Made by a program: the position numbers and the translations under genes. The notes under the pieces were generated by a model. The model did not search any database. It saw only the letters and a list, made by a program, of their open reading frames with translations, and was not told where the DNA came from. Positions 1 through 7,582 of a DNA stretch of 64,000 nt are shown one piece after another. The stretch's first letter is position 1; each line of letters opens with the position of its first letter. Source of the stretch: an uncultured Candidatus Saccharibacteria bacterium (GTDB lineage Bacteria; Patescibacteriota; Minisyncoccia; Phycocordibacterales; SW-6-46-9); NCBI GenBank assembly GCA_964534365.1, contig CAZHOI010000003.1, positions 4,310 to 68,309 on the forward strand, in the 5' to 3' direction.

Positions 1-285
1 AAAAAAACGTTGCGCACACCGTGGCGAAATCATTATAATTGGTTGGGTCAATCGTTGGCACACTCGAATTTACTGCAAAATCGCCACACTAGGCAATCTT
101 ATGAAGATTTGGCAATTTTGTATCGTTTGGAACAACACCTTCACGACTACCCACATACTAATGAAGATAATGGTACTACTAAAAATGGTTACTACATTGA
201 ATCGATTATGCCGACCGGTAACCGCATAGCGCACAAAGCTGGTCAAATTATTAATTCATACTACCGGCCTGATATCCAAATGTAA
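1..285 (+). CDS. 3' end of an ORF that begins upstream of the window; possible serine hydrolase/beta-lactamase-like C-terminus (IAHKAG, a KTG-like motif)
   Basis: Open frame runs to the window edge with no in-window start. Only a weak motif resemblance supports the product call. Confidence 0.3.
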   Translation, partial: KKTLRTPWRNHYNWLGQSLAHSNLLQNRHTRQSYEDLAILYRLEQHLHDYPHTNEDNGTTKNGYYIESIMPTGNRIAHKAGQIINSYYRPDIQM

Positions 286-322
286 TTGCAGAGTTTTTTT
301 ATTTACTTACAATGCAAATTAT

Positions 323-393
323 TACCGGCTCGTCTAATGGTAGGACAACAGGTTCTGGTCCTGTTAATCGGGGTTCGAGTCCCTGGCCGGTAG
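323..393 (+). tRNA. tRNA-Gln (anticodon CTG)
   Basis: Manual cloverleaf: acceptor TACCGGC/GCCGGTA, D-arm GTCTAATGGTAGGAC, anticodon stem ACAGG/CCTGT with loop TTCTGGT, T-arm GGGGTTCGAGTCCCTG. No encoded CCA. Confidence 0.8.
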
Positions 394-591
394 CTACTAG
401 CAATTAAGTCTAGGTACAAAGCACTTGGGCTTTTTTGCTAGTTTTTGGTGTGGGACTCGCACCACAAGAGTATTTCCATTTTGTAAACAAAACTAGGTCA
501 AAGACAGAGGTGTGCTAAGTCAAAACTTTTAGTTTTGAGCCGAGTCGGGGTCGAGAGTTCTTATAAGCGTAGCGAATTAGAAACTCGTGAC

Positions 592-610
592 CGAGTCCCT
601 GGCCGGTAGC
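592..610. repeat. 19-bp direct repeat of the tRNA-Gln(CTG) 3' end (cgagtccctggccggtagc; first copy at 376-394)
   Basis: Exact 19/19 match seen in the sequence, about 215 bp downstream of the tRNA. The 545-612 stretch looks like a degenerate tRNA 3' half (att-like scar). Confidence 0.7.
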
Positions 611-640
611 ATAAATATTACAATACACTTTTCTTCATTA

Positions 641-700
641 TAGGGTGACTGTCACCTATTTCACCTATTTTAGGGTGACTGTCACCTATTTCACCTATTT
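641..700. repeat. Tandem 30-bp unit x2 (tagggtgactgtcacctatttcacctattt), i.e. 4 copies of the (T)CACCTATTT motif headed by the palindrome GTGAC-T-GTCAC
   Basis: Perfect tandem duplication seen directly. The same motif family recurs at 1798-1888. Confidence 0.85.
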
Positions 701-702
701 TT

Positions 703-1096
703 AAAGAACCATTTAAGGATAAACCATATACTAAAGACGATGCCGTAAGCTTTATAAACTGGATTAAAGAAGTATGGGATAAAAACAGTCACTTTGTATT
801 TATTGTTAGAGATAGTAGCAATAGCATTATTGGAGCAATTGATATTAAAGGATCTGACTTAAAAAAAGGAGTAATAGGATACTGGTCCCGATAGAAACGC
901 CAGTGGATTTATGACCAACACCCTTAAAGCTCTTGAAGACTTGGCTAAAGAAGCTGGGTTTAGGATTCTTTCTGCAAAGGTTCTAGTTGATAACAATAAA
1001 TCTAAAGGTGTCTTAGAAAGAGCTGGTTTTAACGAAAGAGAAAAGAGGGAAGGTGAGAGTGACTTGTATGATGAATATTATAAAACAATAAGCTAA
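703..1096 (+). pseudogene. GNAT-family N-acetyltransferase (RimJ/RimL-like), N-terminally truncated and frameshifted
   Basis: One frame (codons 700-894) reads FKEPFKDKPYTKDDAVSFINWIKEVWDKNSHFVFIVRDSSNSIIGAIDIKGSDLKKGVIGYWSR*, with no start codon and abutting the tandem repeat. The GNAT C-terminal half (…RNASGFMTNTLKALEDLAKEAGFRILSAKV…GVLERAGF) continues in a different frame from about 893 to 1096. Confidence 0.6.
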
Positions 1097-1109
1097 AAGC
1101 AAAACTTAG

Positions 1110-1156
1110 TTAAAAGTTCTGACGTCGTTCCACATGTTTAGCACAAATTTTAAGTT
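1110..1156. repeat. Cassette-junction element copy A (consensus AAAGTTCTnACnTnnTnCCAnAnnGcTAGC … ACTTTT)
   Basis: Starts 14 bp after the GNAT stop. Aligns with copies B, C and D. Confidence 0.6.
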
Positions 1157-1169
1157 ACAATTATAGTTA

Positions 1170-1739
1170 ATGAAAGACTTTAATGATTCACAAAAATATA
1201 TTTGGGAGTCAGAAAAATATTGGACTAAGAAAATCATTCCGCATTTAAATGATAAAGTCCTTAAAGTTGGAAACGGATTAGGTTACATGAGTACTTTCTT
1301 AAAAAACGAAGGGGTTGATTTAACCATTCTAGATGTATCAATTGATGAGCAAGCGATTAATAAAGATGAAGTAATTTTATACGATGGACAAACCTTTCCT
1401 TTTAAAAATAACTCTTTTGATTCGGTTATGTGTACTTTTGTTCTACACCATACCCTAGAACCTCAAAAGATACTCAGAGAAATGAAAAGGGTAGCAAAAA
1501 GAGTAATAATTCTTGAAGAAACATATACTAATATATTTTCAAAATTAGATCTAGTTTATAGAGATATCTGGGTAAACTTTACCGCTGGTCAGCTATCGAA
1601 GATTTACTGGAACAGTTATTTTAGTAGGAAGTCTCTCCCTGAGACATTGTCAAAACATAACTTATCTGTAATTACTCACTATAAAGAGAATAAGAGGAGT
1701 TATATGAAAGAACTTTACGTGGCAGAAAATATTAAATAA
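1170..1739 (+). CDS. Class I SAM-dependent methyltransferase (Methyltransf_11-like)
   Basis: VLKVGNGLGYMS matches a glycine-rich SAM motif I; FDSVMCTFVLHH matches the acidic/hydrophobic motif II/post-I. 189 aa. Confidence 0.7.
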   Translation: MKDFNDSQKYIWESEKYWTKKIIPHLNDKVLKVGNGLGYMSTFLKNEGVDLTILDVSIDEQAINKDEVILYDGQTFPFKNNSFDSVMCTFVLHHTLEPQKILREMKRVAKRVIILEETYTNIFSKLDLVYRDIWVNFTAGQLSKIYWNSYFSRKSLPETLSKHNLSVITHYKENKRSYMKELYVAENIK

Positions 1740-1794
1740 AAGTTCTGACTTGGTACCAAACCGCTAGCAAATATTACACCACACTTTTTACAGC
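1737..1794. repeat. Cassette-junction element copy B
   Basis: Begins at the methyltransferase stop codon (taaaagttctgacttggtaccaaaccgctagcaa…cacactttttac). Has an inverted AAAAGT/ACTTTT at its two ends. Confidence 0.65.
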
Positions 1795-1797
1795 TTT

Positions 1798-1888
1798 TGG
1801 GTGACTGTCACCTATTTTCACCTATTTTGTGTCACCTATTTTGTCACCTATTTTCACCTATTTTCACCTATTTTCTGTCACCTATTTT
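1798..1888. repeat. Iteron-like array: 7 copies of CACCTATTTT at 10-14-bp spacing, headed by GGGTGACTGTCACC
   Basis: Seen directly. The head is identical to the 641-700 array. Confidence 0.85.
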
Positions 1889-1940
1889 GAGAGATTTAAG
1901 AAATAGCTTATTTCATTTCTTTTCAGTGAAAGGAGTTGCC

Positions 1941-2195
1941 ATGACTTTTAGAGAACTAGACACTAAAGCACGAAAGTTAGAAAAAGATACTAATAACAAA
2001 GTTAAGTTTTTATCACCCGAAGATTTATCAGAGATAGTAACAGGAGCATTTTTTCTAATAATGGAAGAATGGACGAGAGATTGTAGAGATAGTTTGAGAA
2101 ATAACAACAATAAGTTTAAAAACCGAATAATGTGTGTTAAGACTATAGTAGAAAGACATGCTGCGATGATAGTTGAAGAAAAAGATTTAAATTAA
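1941..2195 (+). CDS. Hypothetical small protein (84 aa)
   Basis: ATG is preceded by gaaaggag (a Shine-Dalgarno-like site). The upstream part of the tracked ORF lies in the repeat array, so the start was moved to 1941. Confidence 0.45.
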   Translation: MTFRELDTKARKLEKDTNNKVKFLSPEDLSEIVTGAFFLIMEEWTRDCRDSLRNNNNKFKNRIMCVKTIVERHAAMIVEEKDLN

Positions 2196-2248
2196 AGTTC
2201 TTACTTCATACCAAACAGCTAGCAATGTTTTAGGCAACCACTTTTGGC
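2193..2248. repeat. Cassette-junction element copy C
   Basis: Begins at the stop of the 84-aa ORF (ttaaagttcttacttcataccaaacagctagcaa…ccacttttgg). Confidence 0.65.
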
Positions 2249-2579
2249 ACTCCACTACGTTAACGCTGGACTCCGTAAGCTCTTCGGAGCTGATCCGATA
2301 TGGCACACCATGCGCTTCTATACTTTGCACTTCCCTGAAAAGGGTGACAACTACAAAGTACTTACGTTCACTGGTCTCGCTCACACTGATCAATACGGTC
2401 ATCTGTTTGGCCTTACCGCGAGCGTTCATCTGGACAAGAACGCGCAAGGCAAATGGCAGGTCGAGAAGGTTGTGATTAATCCGCAAATGCGATCTGAGGT
2501 AGCTAACCCTCTGCCGAAACGAGTGGAATATCTCGTAAATGGACACTGGGACGGCCTTCCTCTGCGCACTGCACTCTAA
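2244..2579 (+). CDS. Hypothetical protein with GC content visibly higher than its neighbours (the neighbours look AT-rich); start uncertain (TTG at 2244 or ATG at 2310)
   Basis: Long ORF with a strong compositional contrast to the neighbouring genes. No recognisable domain. Confidence 0.4.
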   Translation: MALHYVNAGLRKLFGADPIWHTMRFYTLHFPEKGDNYKVLTFTGLAHTDQYGHLFGLTASVHLDKNAQGKWQVEKVVINPQMRSEVANPLPKRVEYLVNGHWDGLPLRTAL

Positions 2580-2634
2580 CCTCATCTTGACCCTAGAAGA
2601 CCTCATCTTCGCGGGCAGGGTGAGGTTTTCTAGT

Positions 2635-2693
2635 TAAATTAAAGTTCTAACATCGTTCCACACTGCTAGCTATCAAACTTTTGTGATCCGCCA
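2635..2693. repeat. Cassette-junction element copy D
   Basis: ttaaattaaagttctaacatcgttccacactgctagctatcaaacttttgtg. Lies between convergent genes and overlaps the 3' end of the C39 peptidase gene. Confidence 0.6.
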
Positions 2694-3056
2694 CTGTGGT
2701 TTTCCCAGCAATCGCCTGCGATAGCCGGCGCTAATATCAATATTTGGGTAATTAATCCAGGGATCCATCCAGCCTCTATCGGTATTTAGCAGGTAGTGCC
2801 CCGAACCGTATTTTTTATTCCTAGCAAAAACAATGTCTCCATTAGCATAATTGTAATTTTGTACTTTAATTGATTTATAGGTTAGTCCAACTTTGGATAG
2901 CGCCTTGATAATGTTGTGATTATAAAAACCTCGTAGATGCTGATACTTGCTCCCGTAATCAAACAATTTTAGTGATTCTTCGTACGTAATATTTAGTACC
3001 GAGGCAACACAAGCTACCGAGCAGCCCATCATTGCTTGTTGTTTTACCAGATTCAT
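2673..3056 (-). CDS. Standalone papain-like cysteine peptidase, C39-like (BtrH-like)
   Basis: Q…C motif QQAMMGCSVACVASVL (Gln about 5 residues before the catalytic Cys) and a His motif GSGHYLLN, in the order typical of C39. Confidence 0.5.
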   Translation of the reverse strand: MNLVKQQAMMGCSVACVASVLNITYEESLKLFDYGSKYQHLRGFYNHNIIKALSKVGLTYKSIKVQNYNYANGDIVFARNKKYGSGHYLLNTDRGWMDPWINYPNIDISAGYRRRLLGKPQWRITKV

Positions 3057-3421
3057 AAACTTAACTATAAGATTTTATATTTTATTAACAATTACTCGCT
3101 TGTAGTTCAAAAACTGATTGTGTCAATTCAATCAATTCTTTGAATATTTTAGTTAGATGAATCTCTATCCTTTTTAAAAACAAATAGGTACAAAGCCCTA
3201 TTTTCTAGTTATACCCACTATCCCCACAAGTTACTTTTTATTAACAAATTTACCATTTTCTAGACAACGATGATTTACTGTGATGGGTTGTGTGGATAGC
3301 AGCTAAATTGGGGAAATTATCTCAACCATCAACTAATTTAGATGTAGACTAAGAATATAGCTGATATTTTCAGTCAAGTACCAAATTATCCAGTTTATTA
3401 AACAGCTCTTAAGATAAATAA

Positions 3422-4756
3422 ATGAAACCAACTCACGTCACAAAACGAGACGGCTCGCTACAGCCTTATAATATTGAAAAAATTACTGCCGTTGCCTTGA
3501 AGGCATTACAGGAAGTCAATGATGAAGTCGGGCATGATCCTGCCACGCTAATCCAACATGCTGAAAAGATTGCCAAACGCACCGAAGAAAAAGTGTTGGT
3601 AATGTGCCGAGCCGCCGCTGCCGCTACCCCCGGCAGCCGCTATGCCAAAATGTGTCAAGACGGCAATCCAGCTGTAGAAGAAATACAGGATTTGGTAGAA
3701 ACCTCCCTCATGGAGCTCGATTTTTTCGAGGCCGCCAAAGCCTTTATAATCTATCGCGACAGCCGCAAGAAATTACGTGAACGATCATTGTTTCGCAAGC
3801 GAACCACCCTCAAGCCTTATGAATACACCGAATTATCTGATTATGTAGATGCGGTTAGACATTCATACTGGGTTCATACTGAATTTTCCTACACTTCAGA
3901 CGTGCACGACTTTAAAACGGGGACTACCTCGGCCGAAGCCAGTGCGATCAAAAATGCCATGTTGGCCATTGCTCAGATCGAAGTAGCGGTAAAAAGTTTT
4001 TGGGGTGATTTGTACAAAAAAATGCCTAAACCAGAAATTGCAGCCGTTGGGATGACTTTTGCTGAATCAGAGGTCCGGCACATGGATGCTTATTCGCATT
4101 TATTAGAAATTTTGGGTCTGAACGCCGAATTCAAAGTGCTGGATCAAGCCCCGGCGATTAAAAAACGGATGAATTATCTGGACAAAGTAGTGCAGCTATC
4201 AAAAACCGAAGACGACGAAACCTATGCCCAATCAATAGCCTTATTCTCGCTATTTATCGAACACGTATCCCTGTTCTCGCAGTTTTTGATTATGATGGCG
4301 TTTAACAAACACAAAAATCAATTTAAAGGTATTTCTAATGCGGTTGAGGCCACGTCAAAGGAAGAGCAAATCCATGGTATGTTTGGCACTGATTTAATCA
4401 ATTTGATCAAACAGGAACATCCGGAATGGTTTGGAGAAGAACATGTCGAAAGAGTTAGGGAAATGTGTCAAGAAGCTTACGAGGCCGAGCTAGAAATTAT
4501 TGACTGGATATTTGAAAAGGGTGAACTGGATTTCTTGCCAAAAGCAGTAGTTGTCGAGTTTGTTAAAAATAGATTTAACCGAGCTCTAGAAGGGATTGGG
4601 CTAACATCCATGTTTACAGTTGATGATGAATTGCTGGCAGAGACAGATTGGTTTGATCAAGAAGTCTTTGCCACCAAACATACCGATTTCTTCTATAAAC
4701 GATCAATCAATTACACTAAACGACAGCAATCAGTCACCACCAATGACTTATTCTAA
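3422..4756 (+). CDS. nrdB: Ribonucleotide reductase class I beta subunit (NrdB/R2) with an N-terminal ATP-cone domain
   Basis: N-terminus VTKRDGSLQPYNIEKI is ATP-cone-like. Ferritin-like di-iron core includes FAESEVRHMDAYSHLLE. Located immediately upstream of nrdA. Confidence 0.85.
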   Translation: MKPTHVTKRDGSLQPYNIEKITAVALKALQEVNDEVGHDPATLIQHAEKIAKRTEEKVLVMCRAAAAATPGSRYAKMCQDGNPAVEEIQDLVETSLMELDFFEAAKAFIIYRDSRKKLRERSLFRKRTTLKPYEYTELSDYVDAVRHSYWVHTEFSYTSDVHDFKTGTTSAEASAIKNAMLAIAQIEVAVKSFWGDLYKKMPKPEIAAVGMTFAESEVRHMDAYSHLLEILGLNAEFKVLDQAPAIKKRMNYLDKVVQLSKTEDDETYAQSIALFSLFIEHVSLFSQFLIMMAFNKHKNQFKGISNAVEATSKEEQIHGMFGTDLINLIKQEHPEWFGEEHVERVREMCQEAYEAELEIIDWIFEKGELDFLPKAVVVEFVKNRFNRALEGIGLTSMFTVDDELLAETDWFDQEVFATKHTDFFYKRSINYTKRQQSVTTNDLF

Positions 4757-4797
4757 AATCAAAAGATTACTAACAACTAATTCCACTTAATATAAAT

Positions 4798-6477
4798 ATG
4801 GGCAACTTTAATTGGCTAAACGAAAATTCACGACAGTTTCTAGAACGAGGCTATTTGCAAGAAGGGCAAACTCCTGAAGACAGGATCAGGTTTATTGCCG
4901 ATAAAGCTGAAGAATACCTTCAGGAAGACGGCTTTGGCGACAAATTTTATGATTACATGTCTCGAGGCTGGATATCCCTGGCATCACCGGTGTGGTCAAA
5001 TTTCGGTCTGGAAAGAGGGTTGCCAATTAGCTGCTTTGGATCATACATTGATGATAATATGGGTTCGATTCTATACACCCATGCTGAAATTGGGATGATG
5101 TCAAAATATGGTGGCGGTACTTCTTTTTATGCTGGGGCTTTGCGACCACGAGGGGCTAAAATTACCAATAACGGCAATTCATCTGGGGCAGTACATTTTA
5201 TACAGTTGTTCGATAAGTTAGTTGAAATAGTCTCGCAAGGGAAAGTGCGACGGGGTAACGTCTCACCATATTTACCAGTCGAGCATGATGACATTAACGA
5301 ATTCCTGGATATTGCTACCGAAGGACATCCAATCCAAGGTTTAACGCATGGCGTTACAGTAACAGACGAATGGTTACAAGAGATGGTGGATGGAGATGAA
5401 GAGAAACGCGCTGTGTGGGCCAAGATAATACAGCGCCGGGGTGAAATTGGGTTTCCCTACATAATGTATGCTGATAATGCCAACAATAACAAACCGCAAG
5501 TATACAAAGACAAAAATAAACAAATATATGCGTCTAATTTGTGCAGCGAAATAATGTTGCCATCTTCGAAAGACGAATCGTTTGTATGCTGCCTGTCATC
5601 AGTTAACGTTCTGCATTACGATGACTGGAAAGACACTGATTTAATCGAGACCATGGTTAAATTCCTGGATGCTGTCATTTCTGATTTTTGTGTCCGCCTA
5701 GAATCACTGCGAGATTCTGATGACGAAGAACAACAAACTGCCTTCGAGTTCATGAAACGAGCCTATAAATTTGCTAAAGAACATCGTGCTGTTGGTCTGG
5801 GCCTTTTGGGGTGGCATTCATTATTGCAATCAAAAATGTTGGCTTTTGATGATGAAAAATCGATGAAATTAAACGCTGAAATCTTCTCGACCATGAAAGA
5901 ACGCGCCGAACAAGCATCAGCCGAGCTAGCCGAAAAACTAGGCGAGCCAGAAATGCTAAAGGGTTACGGTCGGCGTAATACTACGCTCTTGTCTGTTGCC
6001 CCCACCACTTCTAGTGCTTTTATCCTAGGTCAAGTATCACAATCCATCGAGCCGCTGATGTCTAATTGTTATGTCAAGGATCTGGCAAAAATGAAGGTAA
6101 CCGTCAAAAATAAATTTCTCAAAGAGCTGCTGGCTGAAAAAGGTCATGATGATAAGAAGACATGGGATTCAATTCGAGATAATGATGGTTCAGTTCAGCA
6201 TCTGGATTACTTGTCAGACGAAGAAAAGCAAGTATTTCAAACCTTTTCCGAAATTGATCAGTACGCCATTATTGAACAAGCCGCCGTTAGACAAATGTTC
6301 ATCGATCAGGGTCAATCCTTGAATGTAATGATCGGCCCTTCAACGACTGCCAAAGAGATCAATAATCTATATTTAACCGCCTGGCGTAAAGGCATCAAAG
6401 CTCTCTATTATCAGCACAGTATGAATGCCGCTCAAGAATTAACCCGTAAAAAGGTTTGCGAGAGCTGTGAAGCGTAA
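4798..6477 (+). CDS. nrdA: Ribonucleotide reductase class I alpha subunit (NrdA/R1), short form without an N-terminal ATP-cone
   Basis: Active-site motif NLCSEIMLP. C-terminal Cys pair CESCEA. 559 aa. Confidence 0.9.
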   Translation: MGNFNWLNENSRQFLERGYLQEGQTPEDRIRFIADKAEEYLQEDGFGDKFYDYMSRGWISLASPVWSNFGLERGLPISCFGSYIDDNMGSILYTHAEIGMMSKYGGGTSFYAGALRPRGAKITNNGNSSGAVHFIQLFDKLVEIVSQGKVRRGNVSPYLPVEHDDINEFLDIATEGHPIQGLTHGVTVTDEWLQEMVDGDEEKRAVWAKIIQRRGEIGFPYIMYADNANNNKPQVYKDKNKQIYASNLCSEIMLPSSKDESFVCCLSSVNVLHYDDWKDTDLIETMVKFLDAVISDFCVRLESLRDSDDEEQQTAFEFMKRAYKFAKEHRAVGLGLLGWHSLLQSKMLAFDDEKSMKLNAEIFSTMKERAEQASAELAEKLGEPEMLKGYGRRNTTLLSVAPTTSSAFILGQVSQSIEPLMSNCYVKDLAKMKVTVKNKFLKELLAEKGHDDKKTWDSIRDNDGSVQHLDYLSDEEKQVFQTFSEIDQYAIIEQAAVRQMFIDQGQSLNVMIGPSTTAKEINNLYLTAWRKGIKALYYQHSMNAAQELTRKKVCESCEA

Positions 6478-6698
6478 TCAAACAATTAACGGATAACAAA
6501 GACTGATAACAAAGATTTATAATACGATAACAATAAAATTGATATCTTGAATTATTGCTAATTGTTAGGAACTATGTCATGATGTTTGACAGCAATTAAC
6601 TTAGTTCAATGGCGTAGGGGAGATTTGTCTTGATGGATAGGTCAGAACTGGAGCTCAGTGGAGTAGAGAGTTGCTGATCTATCAATCAAATAAACAAA

Positions 6699-6959
6699 AT
6701 GACAGAAGAAAAGAAATTATTTGTTGGCGGCCTACCATGGCGTATGACAAACGAAGAATTAAAAGACATGTTCGCTGAATTCGGCGAAGTAACGGATGCT
6801 TTTATTCCACGCGACCGCGACACTGGTCGATCACGAGGTTTTGGATTCGTTGAATTCGAATCAAAAGAATCAGCTGAATCAGCCATTGAAAAATGGGATG
6901 GTGCTGAATATGATGGTCGCAACCTGAATGTTAACTTTGCCCAGAAAAAAGGCGAATAG
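6699..6959 (+). CDS. RRM-domain RNA-binding protein
   Basis: RNP-2 LFVGGL and RNP-1 RGFGFVEF motifs. 86 aa. Confidence 0.85.
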   Translation: MTEEKKLFVGGLPWRMTNEELKDMFAEFGEVTDAFIPRDRDTGRSRGFGFVEFESKESAESAIEKWDGAEYDGRNLNVNFAQKKGE

Positions 6960-6975
6960 CATCTGGACGATTCAT

Positions 6976-7002
6976 AAAACTGGCCTAATCGGCCAGTTTT
7001 TT
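6976..7002 (+). terminator. Rho-independent terminator
   Basis: aaaactggcc-taatc-ggccagtttttt: a GC stem followed by a T-tract, directly after the RRM gene. Confidence 0.8.
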
Positions 7003-7055
7003 ATTATCACTTAAAAGTCAAAATTAGTTATTAAGTATGCGATAATACAAAGAAT

Positions 7056-7577
7056 ATGAAATTAGCAATTGCAATGGTGGTATTACTGATAGCTGCGGTT
7101 GGTCTAACCACCTTGTTAGGCGAAGATAATACGTCTGAAACAAAAACGCTGGATAATGGACAATTACCAGCAGTTCCGAATCAACCAGAAACAACTCCTG
7201 GAGCTATAGAAAATGAGCGCACCTTATCAAGAATAGGTAATGGCGCTGAGCTGGTATCAGTTTCAAATCCGATAGCAAATCAAACCATTAATTCACCGGC
7301 ATCAATCAAGGGACGAGCGCCAGGATACTGGTTTTTTGAAGCTACCGCGCCAGTTTCAGTTGTTAATTGGGACGGTTTAATTATTGGCGAAGGCTTTGTT
7401 ACCGCAGAAGGTGATTGGATGACGACTGAATTGGTACCATTTGATGGTCAGGTATCATTTGAGTCGTCCGATGATACACCGTCGAACTGGGGCTGGGTGA
7501 TCTTGCGACGGCAAAATGCATCAGGACTGCCAGAAAATGATGCAGCCGTTGAAATCCCCGTATTCTTAAGTAATTAA
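7056..7577 (+). CDS. Exported Gmad2-type immunoglobulin-like domain protein
   Basis: N-terminal hydrophobic signal/TM segment. GYWFFEATAPVSVVNWDG…GDWMT…NASGLPEN resembles PF10648. Confidence 0.5.
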   Translation: MKLAIAMVVLLIAAVGLTTLLGEDNTSETKTLDNGQLPAVPNQPETTPGAIENERTLSRIGNGAELVSVSNPIANQTINSPASIKGRAPGYWFFEATAPVSVVNWDGLIIGEGFVTAEGDWMTTELVPFDGQVSFESSDDTPSNWGWVILRRQNASGLPENDAAVEIPVFLSN

Positions 7578-7582
7578 ATATA

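Noticed and set aside
641-1888. CRISPR array interpretation of the TCACCTATTTT repeats
   Set aside because: The repeats are only 10-11 bp and directly adjacent, with no unique spacers. That fits an iteron or microsatellite-like array, not CRISPR.
1110-2693. Calling the four junction elements bona fide integron attC sites
   Set aside because: I could not find canonical R''/R' core sites (RYYYAAC … GTTRRRY) by eye. The ends are AAAAGT/ACTTTT instead, and no intI-like integrase is in the window. They are therefore reported only as cassette-junction repeats of integron-like architecture.
4895-5423. Small ORFs inside nrdA (4895-5098 +, 5127-5423 -)
   Set aside because: They are alternative-frame or antisense ORFs within a strongly supported conserved gene.
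6601-6680. tRNA-like D-arm sequence (gagctcagtggagtagag) upstream of the RRM gene as a tRNA
   Set aside because: No acceptor, anticodon or T-arm can be folded. It is only a superficial D-loop resemblance.
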